DNA of 64,000 nucleotides from Candidatus Fermentibacterota bacterium (GTDB lineage: Bacteria > Fermentibacterota > Fermentibacteria > Fermentibacterales > JCC-6), in contig CAWJQI010000001.1 in NCBI GenBank assembly GCA_963845085.1, positions 393,845 through 457,844 on the forward strand, read 5' to 3'. The translations under genes were made by a program, and so were the position numbers. Of the stretch, positions 8,608 to 19,274 are shown piece after piece (positions within the stretch are counted from its first letter, which is position 1; each line of letters starts with the position of its first letter). The notes beneath the pieces were generated by a model. That model had not been told where the DNA came from. It searched no databases and saw only the letters and a program-made list of their open reading frames with translations.

Positions 8608-11600
8608 GTCCTTCGCTCGAAGTCGGAGAGGTTGACCGTTGTCAGGCTGGACACCCCCTCCTCGGCCATCGTAACGCCGTAAAGGCGATCGGAGGCCTCC
8701 ATCGACTTCTTGTTGTGGGTCATCACCAGGAACTGGGTGTCGGTGCTGAAGCGTCTGAGGATGCCCATGAAACTCTCTATGTTGGAGTCGTCGAGCGGCG
8801 CGTCGAGCTCGTCGAGGATGCAGAAGGGGCTCGGCTTCACCAGGTACAGGCTGAACAGCAGCGCAACGGCGGCCAGAGCCCTCTCCCCGCCCGACAGGGA
8901 TGTCACGTTCTCGAGCTTCTTTCCCCTCGGTCTGGCCACGATCTGAATGCCCCCCTCGAGCGGATCGTCAGCATCGAGCGCGATTATGTCGGCCTCGCCT
9001 CCGCCGAAAAGCTCGACGAAAACCCTTCTGAAATGGTCCCGAACCTGGGAGAAGGTTTCCCTGAAGCGAGCCTGAGCCTCCCTGTTGATCTCCGTGATCG
9101 CGGTCTCGAGCGACTCCCTCGCCTCTTCGAGGTCGCGGCTCTGTTCGGTAAGGAAGCCAAGCCTCTCCTCGACCTCGTTGAACTCGTCGACGGCCAGCAT
9201 GTTCACGGGGCCTATTCCCTCGATGATGCGGTTCTGCCTCTCCTCCTCTTCGCGGAGTGCCTGGGGGGGCTGGTCCATGAAGGGGTTACCGCCGTCGTCC
9301 TCCGGTATCTCGAGACGGAGCGCCGAAACCTTCTCCTCGAGTACGGCGGACTCGTTCAGCACACTCGTGCGCCTGTCCCGGGCCTGTCCGTGAAGGCTTC
9401 TGGCGGTGGCGGACTGCTCTTCGAGGGCGGCGGTCTTCTGGAGCAGCTCGGCCCTCGCCGTGGCAGCCCTGTTGCGGTTCTCACCGGCCGCATCCCTTTC
9501 GCGCCCGAGTACAGCAACCCGCGCTGAAAGCCTTTCAAGGTCTTTCTCGAGGGTGTTCGCGCCGCGAAGAAGCTCCATGGACGTCCTGTCCAGCTCCTCC
9601 CCCGAGGCTGCGGCCGACTCGGCTTCGCCCCGCAACTGCGCTGCCCTCTCCCGAAGCGAGGCAACACGGTTCGAAGCCTCGCGAAGGTTCATCTCGGCAC
9701 GTTCCTTTGCCATGAAGACGCCGGCGCTTCTCTCCTTCACCTCGTCCAGGGCTTCCCCGGCCTTCCTGGTGTTTTCGGACAGGTGATTGAGGCGTTCCTC
9801 GGCTTCCCTGATGCCCTCATCGGGGTCGGGCTGGGGCTCAGAGGTCTTGATCAGTCCGTCGAGCTCGTGCGAGGTGTCCGCGATAGAGCCTTCAAGCGCC
9901 GCGAGGCTCCTCTCCATCTCGGACTTGCGGGATACGAGGGCTGCCTCCTGCCGTGAAAGCTCCGAAAGTGATCTGCGCCTCGACTCGGTGAGTTCCTCTG
10001 CCGCGGCAACGCCTTCACCAAGGCTCCCGGCCTTCCCGGCGAGCTCCGATGCCTCGCGTGAAAGCCCGGCAAGCCTTGCCTCGGCCTGCTCGAGCCGTGC
10101 GGAAAGCTCAACGGCACCCGTCCCGCCTTCGGACATACCGAGCCGGACCGTGCCGTCGGGCATGAGCAGATGCCCCTCGCGCGTGACTATCCCCGCAGCG
10201 ATCTCTTCCCTGAACCATGAAAGCGCGGTTTCAAGGTCAGGTGCCAGCACGTAGTGCCGAAGCACCGACTCGGCGACCGGGTTTGCCGTTCGAAGGAACC
10301 CGTCCATCCGCTTCGCGCCCCCGGGAAGAACGTCTACGCCGGATCTTCCGCCCACGGCGTACCTTGCGCCCCCCGCCTCGAGGCCGGGATGGATCCCGGG
10401 AACCGGCAGCGCCGACTGGACACCGTCAAGACATGCGCCCACGGCAGCGCCCATCTCGGGGACGGGGTCAGCCAGGGCGCCGAGCGATTCTCCGCTCCTC
10501 GCCTTTTCGAGCGCACTGCGAAGCTCCCCGACCTCCCGGGCGCAGGCTCCCTTGAGCACGCCGGCCTCACCTGCGAGGAGTGCGGCCGCTGTGGCGGCCT
10601 TCCGGGCTTCAGCGAGCGCTGCCAGAGCCTGGTCGAGCAAGGCTGAGGCCTGTTCCCGCCCGGTGCGGGTGTTGGCCAGGGCGCCCGCCGCCCCTTCGAT
10701 CGAAGCAACGAGGTTTTCCTTCTCGCGCAGGGCATCCCTTCGCCTCTGCTCAAGCTCGGCTGTTCTCTGTTTCGCGGCCTCGAAGGCCCGCGCCTTTTCC
10801 ATGTAACGGTTCCTCGCCTCGGCGAGCATGTCCGTGCATTTCTTCTCTTCGTCCCGCGCCACGCCCAGAAGGTTTCTGGCTTCCTGTATCGCGGAAGAGC
10901 ACCCGTCTGCGGCCTTCCCCGCTTCGCGGGCCTCCTCGACCGCCTTCCGTGCCGTTTCCTCCCAGCGGGCGGCCTCGGCCTCGGCCTCTTCGGCATCCCG
11001 CTCGTACTTCAGGGCCCGCTCGCGTTCCCTGGCGCACCTGGCGGTGTTCTCCGACGCCGTCCGTCTCATTCCCGCCGCACGTTCGAGCGAAACGGCCCTC
11101 TCCCGCTCGAGCGAGGCGATCTCGGATTCGACCGCGGCGCACCGGGCGTGCGCTTCGTCGAGCTGTGTCTGCGCGGTCCCAAGGCGTATCCTGCCTTCGG
11201 CAAGGGCGGTCTCGAGCGAGGAGAGCGCCGCGGACTGCGAAGCCTCTTCGGCAGCGGCCCTGGCGAGCTCCTTCCGGGCAGCCGTCAGCCTCTCCTCGAG
11301 CTGCAGCAGCTCGCCCGAGGCAATGGCGGACCTTATGCGGTCTATCGTGCTGCGGGCCTTCTCGTAGCGTTTGAACGAGGCCAGCTGCTTCTTCAGCACG
11401 CCGTGATTCCGCTCGACTTCCGAGATGATGTCGGAAAGACGTTCAAGGTCTGTTCCGGCGGTTTCAAGCTTCAACCCCGCTCGGTGCCGCTGTATCTTGT
11501 ACCGTCCGATTCCCGCAGCCTCGTCGAAAAGCTCGCGGCGGTCTTCGGCACGGGGGGAGAGGATGGTCTTCACCATCTCGGCCTCGAGTATCCAGTATCC

Positions 11601-12008
11601 CGCGCTCCCGAGACCACGGTCGACGATGAGGTCGGTAACGTCCATGAGGCGGCAGCGGCTGCCGTTTATCATGTACTCGCTGACGCCTGAACGGAACAGC
11701 CTCCGTGTGACCGAAACCTCGTCGAAGTCGAGTGAGAGCGACCTGTCCGAGTTGTCGAACGTTACGGTTACCTCGGCCATTCCAAGGGGTTTCCTTCCGG
11801 AACTTCCCTTGAAGATCACGTCCTCCATGACGTCGGCCCTGATCTGCTTCGCGCTCTGTGTGCCCAGGACCCAGCGGAGGGAGTCGGCGACATTGCTCTT
11901 CCCGCACCCGTTGGGACCCACCACCGCGCTGATGCCCGGCTCGAAGTCCATGATGAACGGGTCGGCGAAAGATTTGAACCCAAGTATTTCAAGGCGTTTC
12001 AGGCGCAT
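8604..12008 (-). CDS. smc: Chromosome segregation protein SMC
   Basis: GFKSFA, VGPNGCGKSN, coiled coils, LSGGE, PSPFCILDELDAPLD. Confidence 0.97.
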   Translation of the reverse strand: MRLKRLEILGFKSFADPFIMDFEPGISAVVGPNGCGKSNVADSLRWVLGTQSAKQIRADVMEDVIFKGSSGRKPLGMAEVTVTFDNSDRSLSLDFDEVSVTRRLFRSGVSEYMINGSRCRLMDVTDLIVDRGLGSAGYWILEAEMVKTILSPRAEDRRELFDEAAGIGRYKIQRHRAGLKLETAGTDLERLSDIISEVERNHGVLKKQLASFKRYEKARSTIDRIRSAIASGELLQLEERLTAARKELARAAAEEASQSAALSSLETALAEGRIRLGTAQTQLDEAHARCAAVESEIASLERERAVSLERAAGMRRTASENTARCARERERALKYERDAEEAEAEAARWEETARKAVEEAREAGKAADGCSSAIQEARNLLGVARDEEKKCTDMLAEARNRYMEKARAFEAAKQRTAELEQRRRDALREKENLVASIEGAAGALANTRTGREQASALLDQALAALAEARKAATAAALLAGEAGVLKGACAREVGELRSALEKARSGESLGALADPVPEMGAAVGACLDGVQSALPVPGIHPGLEAGGARYAVGGRSGVDVLPGGAKRMDGFLRTANPVAESVLRHYVLAPDLETALSWFREEIAAGIVTREGHLLMPDGTVRLGMSEGGTGAVELSARLEQAEARLAGLSREASELAGKAGSLGEGVAAAEELTESRRRSLSELSRQEAALVSRKSEMERSLAALEGSIADTSHELDGLIKTSEPQPDPDEGIREAEERLNHLSENTRKAGEALDEVKERSAGVFMAKERAEMNLREASNRVASLRERAAQLRGEAESAAASGEELDRTSMELLRGANTLEKDLERLSARVAVLGRERDAAGENRNRAATARAELLQKTAALEEQSATARSLHGQARDRRTSVLNESAVLEEKVSALRLEIPEDDGGNPFMDQPPQALREEEERQNRIIEGIGPVNMLAVDEFNEVEERLGFLTEQSRDLEEARESLETAITEINREAQARFRETFSQVRDHFRRVFVELFGGGEADIIALDADDPLEGGIQIVARPRGKKLENVTSLSGGERALAAVALLFSLYLVKPSPFCILDELDAPLDDSNIESFMGILRRFSTDTQFLVMTHNKKSMEASDRLYGVTMAEEGVSSLTTVNLSDFERRT

Positions 12009-12565
12009 CGGCGGGACTCCGTTCGGACAAGCCCGGGAAAGGCGGTCAGGTAGTCGACAAGGCTGAGCAGTACGGCGGCCATTGCGGCCATTCCCAGAAG
12101 GTCAGCCCCGGGCAGGAGTTCAGGTGGAAGCGCCGCTCCGGGAAGGAATGCCTGCCTCGTCAGGAACAGCGCCATCAGTACTGTCGAAATCTTCCCCGAC
12201 AGGCGTGCCGAGGGGGGTTTGACCCGTCGGGCCAGGAAAAGGCCGCCCGTGCCTATGAGCAGGTCGCGGGAGATGAGAACAACAAGTATCCAGAGTTCAA
12301 GTGCGCCAACGTGGACCAGCGCCCATGCAAAAAGCGCGAATGCTATCTTGTCGGCAAGCGGATCGAGTATCCTGCCCCAGTCGCTGACCGTCTTGGTGCG
12401 CCTTGCGACCAGGCCGTCGAGCCAGTCCGTCGCGATGGCGAGGAAGACGAACACCCCGGCGGGAAGCGGCATGCGGGCAACAAGGAAGAGCGATGCGGCG
12501 CCGCCGAGCGGGATCCTCGCGATGCTCAGGAAATTCGCACGGGTCAGGAACCTGCCCTCAGCCAT
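11999..12565 (-). CDS. pgsA: CDP-alcohol phosphatidyltransferase (PgsA-like)
   Basis: TDWLDGLVARR...GRILDPLADK. Confidence 0.88.
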   Translation of the reverse strand: MAEGRFLTRANFLSIARIPLGGAASLFLVARMPLPAGVFVFLAIATDWLDGLVARRTKTVSDWGRILDPLADKIAFALFAWALVHVGALELWILVVLISRDLLIGTGGLFLARRVKPPSARLSGKISTVLMALFLTRQAFLPGAALPPELLPGADLLGMAAMAAVLLSLVDYLTAFPGLVRTESRRCA

Positions 12566-14183
12566 TGCGCCTCGGCACAACTATGCTCCGGGCGTGCTGA
12601 AGGGCAGCTTCGCCGCCGCCGAGCAGCCTGGCCAGCTCGCGCACCCGCTCCTCGTCATCGGTGAGCACGCGCGTGCCCGACTCGGGCATGCCGTTCACGA
12701 TCCTCTTCTCGACGACGATGTTCCGGTCGGCCCGTCCTGCAACCTGTGCCAGGTGCGTGATGACGATGACCTGTCGGCCCTCGCCCGCCCTGGCGAGTGA
12801 TTCACCCAGGCTGTGCGCTGTTTCGCCGCCGGTTCCGGAATCGATCTCGTCGAACACCAGTGTGGAAACCCCCGAAGCTCCCGCAAGCGCAAGCTCGAGC
12901 GCAAGGGCAACCCTCGAGAGCTCGCCCCCGCTCGCTATGGATGCGAGCGGACCGGGAGGCATGCCGGGATTGGCCGTGAACATGAACTCGGGTTCGGAAA
13001 GCCCGTTCGGCCCCGTCAGGAGACCGCACGCTTCGACCCCTTTGGCCGCCCTGGTGAAGCCCACGCTGAAGGCGGCGGACGGCATCCGAAGCATGGAAAG
13101 CTCGGAGTTTGCGCATTGGGCAAGTTTCACGGCAGCCTCGGTGCGGGCGCTCTCAAGTTCGCCTGCGCAGTCGGCGAGTTCCCGCTCGAGCAATGGCTTT
13201 CTGGCTTCAAGGCTGGCAAGCTCCTCCTCGAGGGCTTCCATCCCCTCGAGCTCGGCGCCGAGCCGCTCGCCTGTTCCAAGCATCTTCTCCAGGCTGCCGC
13301 CCGTTCTGCTTATCAGCCTTGCGTATGCATCCAGCCTTTCGTCCATCTCGGCGACCCTGCCTGGCGCGTCCTCGAACTCGCCGAGAAGGGCGCGACCCAG
13401 CCGGGCGGCCTCGGATGCGCAGATTCCGCTCTGGGAGAGGAGTTCGAGCAGTTCCTCCTGGCCGGGATCGGCGTTCCGGATCCCCCTCTCAAGACCCGCA
13501 AGCCTTCCGATGAAACCGCCGTCGCCCTCGAGCGCCTCGGCAAGTCCGCTGTAAAGCAGTGCAAGCTCCTGGGCCTTTTCAAGTCTGGACCTCTCCTCCC
13601 TCAGGGTCTCGTAGTCTTCGCGGGTGGGCTTGAGCTTCCTGAACAGCTCGAGCTCGTGAAGCAGTATCTCCCGGCGCGCGGCAGCGCCCGAGAGAATGCC
13701 CGAAAGTTCGGAGGTTCGGGCCGAAAGGGCCCTGAACCCGCTGTACAGCCCGGCGTAGCGTTCCGCGAGGGCGCGGCACCCGGCGAAGCCGTCGAGGATG
13801 GAAACCTGCATGGGCTGCCTGAGCAGCGCGGGGGTTGAACGCTGGGTGTGAAGGCCCATTCTCCCGGAGAGGGCATTCTGCACCTCATCGAGAGTGCTGA
13901 GGGCGTCGTCGATGAAGACCCTGCTCCGCCCCTCCGCGAAAACCTCGCGGCGTATGCAGAGCCCGCCCCGCTCATCGCTGAAGAACGCCTCGACCGAGGC
14001 GAGCCTGGCGCCGGGACGGACAAGGGACTTGTCGGCCCTGACACCCATCGCAAGAAGCAGGCCGTCGATGAGGATCGACTTGCCCGCGCCGGTCTCGCCG
14101 GTGAGCACGTTCAGCCCCGGCCCCGGCTCGAGAACGGTGTCGCTTATGGTGGCCAGGTTCGAGAGCGCGAGCCTGTTCAGCAT
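12558..14183 (-). CDS. recN: DNA repair protein RecN
   Basis: LTGETGAGKS, IASGGELSR, VFDEIDSG, ITHLAQVA. Confidence 0.96.
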   Translation of the reverse strand: MLNRLALSNLATISDTVLEPGPGLNVLTGETGAGKSILIDGLLLAMGVRADKSLVRPGARLASVEAFFSDERGGLCIRREVFAEGRSRVFIDDALSTLDEVQNALSGRMGLHTQRSTPALLRQPMQVSILDGFAGCRALAERYAGLYSGFRALSARTSELSGILSGAAARREILLHELELFRKLKPTREDYETLREERSRLEKAQELALLYSGLAEALEGDGGFIGRLAGLERGIRNADPGQEELLELLSQSGICASEAARLGRALLGEFEDAPGRVAEMDERLDAYARLISRTGGSLEKMLGTGERLGAELEGMEALEEELASLEARKPLLERELADCAGELESARTEAAVKLAQCANSELSMLRMPSAAFSVGFTRAAKGVEACGLLTGPNGLSEPEFMFTANPGMPPGPLASIASGGELSRVALALELALAGASGVSTLVFDEIDSGTGGETAHSLGESLARAGEGRQVIVITHLAQVAGRADRNIVVEKRIVNGMPESGTRVLTDDEERVRELARLLGGGEAALQHARSIVVPRRNG

Positions 14184-14184
14184 G

Positions 14185-14964
14185 TCATCCCCTGAAGCTC
14201 CATCCCAGTTTCCTGCCGAGCCTGAGGTAGTAGCCCTCCTCGCCCGGGAGGCGGACGATCTGCCTGTTTCCCGAGGCCCTCGACACGGTGACGCCCTCGC
14301 CGTCGGCGATGATGCATCCCGACTGCCTGCCGTCGGGGCTGACCAGGGCCTTGTCGCCCGGACCGTGGAGTGTGATGGAGACGGAGGCGGAAAGAGGTAT
14401 CACGATGGGCCTGAGGGAAAGAAGATGCGGGCACACCGGGGTTATGACCATCGCGGAGAGGTTCGGATGCAAAATGGGGCCTCCGCAGGAGAGGCTGTAG
14501 GCGGTGGAGCCGGAAGGGGTGGACACCAGAACGCCGTCACCGGTCAGCGCGGCCGCCAGCTGCCCGTTCACACCCACGCCCATGTGCAGAAGGCCGTAGT
14601 CCGAGCACCTGTGAACGCAGATGTCGTTGACTGCTGTGTACTCGGTCCCGTCGGACAGCCTTGCGGAAAGCATCGGAAGCTCCTGCAGGTGGTAGTCGCC
14701 GGTGGCAAGGCTGGCTGCCGCCGAGGCGAGCTCGCCCTCGTCGCAGGAAGAGAGAAAACCCATGTGGCCGGCGTTTACAGCCAGCACTGGAACGGAGAAC
14801 TGGTTGAAGCACTTCAGGAAGGCTCCGTCGCCCCCGATGGCCACCACGATCTCGGGATCGGTCCCGGTGACCGAAATGCCCGCGCTGGCGAGGATCTTCT
14901 CCGCAGCATCGTGCTTCCCCTCGAGAAAGGGGGCGTAGACGAGTGCGCTCGACACCGGCTTCAC
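14185..14964 (-). CDS. nadK: NAD(+) kinase
   Basis: GGDG, GHMGFL, ND, DGVLVSTPSGSTAYSLSCGGP. Confidence 0.95.
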   Translation of the reverse strand: MKPVSSALVYAPFLEGKHDAAEKILASAGISVTGTDPEIVVAIGGDGAFLKCFNQFSVPVLAVNAGHMGFLSSCDEGELASAAASLATGDYHLQELPMLSARLSDGTEYTAVNDICVHRCSDYGLLHMGVGVNGQLAAALTGDGVLVSTPSGSTAYSLSCGGPILHPNLSAMVITPVCPHLLSLRPIVIPLSASVSITLHGPGDKALVSPDGRQSGCIIADGEGVTVSRASGNRQIVRLPGEEGYYLRLGRKLGWSFRG

Positions 14965-16805
14965 CTGAAACCTCCCGTCACGCGGACGGCCCGCGCAATA
15001 CCCTCGGCATCGAGGCCGATCCTGGAAAGGATGCTCATATGGTTCCCGTGGGGCTGGAAATCGTCGGGAATGCCGAGGCTCGTCACGGTGGTCCCGTGGA
15101 GCAGCGCCTGCACTCCCTCTCCGAAGCCTCCTGCGAGGCAGCCCTCCTCGACCGTCACGACAGCGGATACACCCCGGGCCAGCAGCTCGATCTCATCGGA
15201 CGGCATCGGTTTGAGCCATACCGGGTCAAACACTGCGGCGGAAATTCCCTCGGCGGCCAGCAGGTCCGACGCCTTCACTGCGAGCGGTACCATTGTGCCC
15301 GCGGCGACGATGAGCGCATCGGAACCCGGCCTGATGAGCTGGCCGTGGCCGGGGGACAGGTCTTCCGGAGGCGGTGCGACCCGCTCGGGCTCGAGCCCCC
15401 TCGGGTAACGCAGGGCGGTGGGCTGTGAAAGCCCGGGAAGGATATGGCGGAGGAGCGCTTCAAGGACCGCACAATCCCTCGGTGCGGCGATCTGCGTTCC
15501 AGGGACCTGGCGGAACATCGAAATGTCGTGCAGACCGTGGTGCGTTGGTCCGTCGGCCCCGACGATGCCGGCCCTGTCCAGTGCAAAGAGCACGGGCGCC
15601 TTCTGGAGTGCGGCATCGTGTATGAGCTGGTCGAACGATCTCTGGAAGAATGAGCTGTAGATGGCCACCACGGGCTTAAGCCCCCCGAAGGCGAGGCCGC
15701 AGGCGAAGGTGACGGCATGCTGCTCGGCGATCCCGACATCGAAGAAGCGCAGGGGGTACTGCCTGGCGAAGGGCGCAAGCCCGGTGCCGTCGGGCATTGC
15801 GGCCGTGATGGCAACAATGGATTCGTCGGCGCCCGCCATTTCGGAGAGCACCCTGCCGAACACCGAGGTGAAACTCTGCCCGGGGGATGCGCCGGTTGCA
15901 CCGCTGATGCCGTGGAAGTCGACCGGTTCGCATTCGGCTGGTTCGTAACCCTTGCCTTTTGTAGTCACAACGTGCACCAGAACCGGGCCGCGCAGTTCCT
16001 TCACCCGTGAGAGCACGGCGGTGAGAAGCGGCAGGTCATGGCCGTCGACCGGGCCGATGTAGCGCACGCCGAACTCGTCGAAAACGTTCACGGGGTTGAT
16101 GATGGTCTTCTTCACCGCGGCGCCCGCGTACCCGGCGGCCCTTCGCACGGTTTCGCCGACCGAGGGAAGCTTGCCCAGCTTGTTCCAGACCTCGTCCTTC
16201 AGCCGGTTGTACCTCGGATCGGTGATGAGCTTCGTGAAATGCCTGCTCAGCGCCCCGACGTTGGGGGAGATGGACATCCTGTTGTCGTTCAGGATCACCG
16301 TCATGTCGGTTCGGCTCTGGCCGAGGTTGTTCAGCCCCTCGAATGCGAGGCCCGCAGTCATCGAGCCGTCGCCGATGACCGCTATCACCCGGTGCGATTC
16401 TGCGCGCAGGTCGCGCGCCAGGGCAAAGCCCAGGGCGGCGCTTATCGAAGTCGAGCTGTGGCCCGTGCCGAAGCTGTCGCACACGCTCTCGTCGCGCCTC
16501 GGGAAGCCGCTCAGCCCCCCTGCCTGCCTCACGGTGTGAAAACGGGTCCGCCTGCCGGTGAGAAGCTTCCAGGGATAGGTCTGATGGCCCACATCCCACA
16601 CTATCCTGTCGATCTCGGGGTTGAAGACGGAGAGCAGTGCGATCGTGAGTTCGACGACCCCGAGGCTCGAGGCGAGATGACCGCCCGTGCAGAACACCAC
16701 ATCGACGATCCTTCGGCGCACCTCCGCTGCGAGGACGGTTTTCTCCTCGGGGCTGAGCGCTGCAACGTCGGCAGGTGTGCAGATCCTGTCAAGAATGGAA
16801 TCCAT
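14961..16805 (-). CDS. dxs: 1-deoxy-D-xylulose-5-phosphate synthase
   Basis: GGHLASSLG, WDVGHQ, GDGSMTAG, DVGIAEQH, DRAG, DGPTHHG. Confidence 0.97.
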   Translation of the reverse strand: MDSILDRICTPADVAALSPEEKTVLAAEVRRRIVDVVFCTGGHLASSLGVVELTIALLSVFNPEIDRIVWDVGHQTYPWKLLTGRRTRFHTVRQAGGLSGFPRRDESVCDSFGTGHSSTSISAALGFALARDLRAESHRVIAVIGDGSMTAGLAFEGLNNLGQSRTDMTVILNDNRMSISPNVGALSRHFTKLITDPRYNRLKDEVWNKLGKLPSVGETVRRAAGYAGAAVKKTIINPVNVFDEFGVRYIGPVDGHDLPLLTAVLSRVKELRGPVLVHVVTTKGKGYEPAECEPVDFHGISGATGASPGQSFTSVFGRVLSEMAGADESIVAITAAMPDGTGLAPFARQYPLRFFDVGIAEQHAVTFACGLAFGGLKPVVAIYSSFFQRSFDQLIHDAALQKAPVLFALDRAGIVGADGPTHHGLHDISMFRQVPGTQIAAPRDCAVLEALLRHILPGLSQPTALRYPRGLEPERVAPPPEDLSPGHGQLIRPGSDALIVAAGTMVPLAVKASDLLAAEGISAAVFDPVWLKPMPSDEIELLARGVSAVVTVEEGCLAGGFGEGVQALLHGTTVTSLGIPDDFQPHGNHMSILSRIGLDAEGIARAVRVTGGFR

Positions 16806-17680
16806 CAGCTCCTCCTGCGGGGGAGGTGAAGGCAGAGCGCAGAGATCGCGTCCCACCCGTCTCCAAGTGCCGTGAACGCCAGGGAAAGGGCCAGCGCTTC
16901 ACCCGCGGCTCGTTCGACTGCGCCATCGATCCCCATGGCGGTGACGGGGTTCCACTTGCCAAGGGCGGCGTCCTTGCCCACAGCCTTGCCCATCTCGTCG
17001 GGGGAACCCGTGACGTCCAGTATGTCATCGGTGAGCTGGAAAAGGAACCCGAGCCTCTCCCCCAGCACCGAGAGCTCCTGCAGCAGCTCTGAGGACGCGC
17101 CCGCCGACAGGGCGCCGAGCTCGAGTGAAACCCTCAGCAGGGCGGCGGTCTTCCCGCCAACCATTCGTGTTATCCAGGGCTCATCGGCATCGGGCGGGGG
17201 AAACATGTCCATGAATTGCCCGCCGACGAGGCATGAAGCGCCTGCAGCCTCGGCAAGGCGCAGCACCATCACCCTGATCCTTTCGGGAGGACCCGGTGTG
17301 AGTGAAAGGGTGCGGAAAGCCTCGACGAGAAGCCTGTCGCCCGCAAGAATGGCGGCCGATTCGCCGGAATGCTTGTGAAGGGTGGGCATGCCCCTGCGCG
17401 TGTCGTCGTTGTCCATTGAGGGTAGGTCGTCGTGCACAAGGGAGTAGGTGTGAACCATCTCAACCGCGCAGGCTGCCGGAAGGCACCGTTCGGGTTCGCC
17501 CCCGAGCGCCTGGCAGGCTTCGCGGACAAGGAAGGGCCTCAGGCGCTTCCCCCCTGTCGAGAGGGCGTACCTGCAGTGTCCGGGCAGGGAGGTTCCGTCG
17601 CCGTACATCGCAAGCGAGTCAAGGCCGTTCCCGACCCATTCGGCGGCGGTATCCAGCCGGCTTTTCAGCAGAGGATCCAT
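16805..17680 (-). CDS. ispA: Polyprenyl (farnesyl) diphosphate synthase
   Basis: GGKRLRP, SLVHDDLPSMDNDDTRRG, FQLTDDILD. Confidence 0.93.
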   Translation of the reverse strand: MDPLLKSRLDTAAEWVGNGLDSLAMYGDGTSLPGHCRYALSTGGKRLRPFLVREACQALGGEPERCLPAACAVEMVHTYSLVHDDLPSMDNDDTRRGMPTLHKHSGESAAILAGDRLLVEAFRTLSLTPGPPERIRVMVLRLAEAAGASCLVGGQFMDMFPPPDADEPWITRMVGGKTAALLRVSLELGALSAGASSELLQELSVLGERLGFLFQLTDDILDVTGSPDEMGKAVGKDAALGKWNPVTAMGIDGAVERAAGEALALSLAFTALGDGWDAISALCLHLPRRRS

Positions 17681-17705
17681 CTCCCCTTCCCAAACCCCGA
17701 CGGCC

Positions 17706-19268
17706 TCATCGGGCCGTCTCGGAAGCCCGAACCTCCCTGATCACGGTGACCTTGATCTGGCCCGGGTACTCCATCTCGCTCTCTATCTTCCTTGCGATCT
17801 CGCGTGCAAGGTCGGAAGCGCCGGCGTCGTCGATCTGCTCAGGCTTCACGGCGATGCGGAGTTCGCGGCCGGCCTGGATGGCGTAGGACTTGCCGACGCC
17901 CTCGAACGAGTCTGCAATGGCCTCGAGCTTGTGGAGCCTTCTGATGTAGAGCTCAAGGGTTTCGCGCCTTGCGCCCGGCCTTGCGCTGCTGACCGCGTCG
18001 GCGGCCTGCACGAGCACGGCGTAAAGGCTTGTGGGCTCGATCTCCTCGTGGTGGGCGCCGATGGCGTTGCAGACAAGCATCTGTTCATCGAACCTGCGCG
18101 CGAGCTCCATCCCGACAATGGCATGCGAGCCTTCAAGTTCCTGATCCGTTGCCTTGCCGATGTCGTGCAGCAGGCCGACCCTTCTTGCAATGGCGGGGTC
18201 AAGCTTGAGCTCGCTCGCAAGAAGGCCGCATATGTGGGCGACCTCCAGCGAGTGCTGGTACATGTTCTGGCCGTAGCTGGTGCGGTACCTGAGACGGCCG
18301 AGGTGCCGGATGAGCTGGGCGTGAAGGCCCGGAACGTTCGCCTCGAGCGACAGTTCGTTGCCCAGCTTGCGGATCTTCTTCTCCATGTCGGCCTGGGCCT
18401 TCTGGACAATGCCCTCGATGCGGCCCGGGTGGATTCTGCCGTCGGTGATGAGCTTCTCGAGCGCCTGCCTGGCCACCTCGCGGCGGACCGGGTCGAAACA
18501 GGAAAGAACAACAGCCTCGGGGGTGTCGTCGATCACAACGTCCACCCCGGTGGCGCTCTCGAAGGCCCTGATGTTCCGCCCCTCCCGGCCTATGATGCGC
18601 CCCTTCAGCTCGTCGCTGGCAAGGTTCACCACCGAGACGCAGTTCTCAACGACATGGTTGGCGGCGCACCGCTGCACGGAGGTGGAGAGGATCATCGTGG
18701 CCTTCTCCTCCGCAGACCTTTCCGCCTCCTCGATTATCCCTCGGGTGATCTTGGCGGCCTCGTGACGGGCCTCTTCGCGGAGGCTCGTGAGGAGAAGGTT
18801 CCTGGCCTCGTCGCGGGTCAGCATGGATATCTCTTCAAGCCGCTGGTTGTGATCCTCAATGAGCTTGCTGGCGCGCAGATGCTTGGCGTTCAGGGCCTGT
18901 TCCTTCTCGGCGAGGACCGTTTCAAGCCCCTTCAGGGACTCGGCCCTTGCCTCGATGGTCTCCCGGTTCCTCTGGATCTGCTCGAGCTGCCTGTTGAGGT
19001 TGTTCTCGCGCCGGTCGAGGTCGGACTGCACCTGGCGCAGCTTTTCGAGCTGCGAGGCCTTTTCACCGGCAATTACTTCCCTGCCCTCGAGAAGGGCTTC
19101 CTTTTTCAGGGTTTCGGCCTCGCGCCTGCCTTCGCTGAGAATCCGCTCCACCTCTGACATCGCGCCCTTGCGCTCCCTGGAAACCAGGGTCTTGTGAAGC
19201 ACGAACCCAAGGAAGAAGACAATAACCGCACCCAGTCCCACGATGGCGTATATCATCGCATCCCCCAT
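17706..19268 (-). CDS. rny: Ribonuclease Y
   Basis: N-terminal TM, coiled coil, KH (GRIIGREGRNIR), HD (LLHDIGK). Confidence 0.97.
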   Translation of the reverse strand: MGDAMIYAIVGLGAVIVFFLGFVLHKTLVSRERKGAMSEVERILSEGRREAETLKKEALLEGREVIAGEKASQLEKLRQVQSDLDRRENNLNRQLEQIQRNRETIEARAESLKGLETVLAEKEQALNAKHLRASKLIEDHNQRLEEISMLTRDEARNLLLTSLREEARHEAAKITRGIIEEAERSAEEKATMILSTSVQRCAANHVVENCVSVVNLASDELKGRIIGREGRNIRAFESATGVDVVIDDTPEAVVLSCFDPVRREVARQALEKLITDGRIHPGRIEGIVQKAQADMEKKIRKLGNELSLEANVPGLHAQLIRHLGRLRYRTSYGQNMYQHSLEVAHICGLLASELKLDPAIARRVGLLHDIGKATDQELEGSHAIVGMELARRFDEQMLVCNAIGAHHEEIEPTSLYAVLVQAADAVSSARPGARRETLELYIRRLHKLEAIADSFEGVGKSYAIQAGRELRIAVKPEQIDDAGASDLAREIARKIESEMEYPGQIKVTVIREVRASETAR

Positions 19269-19274
19269 TCATCA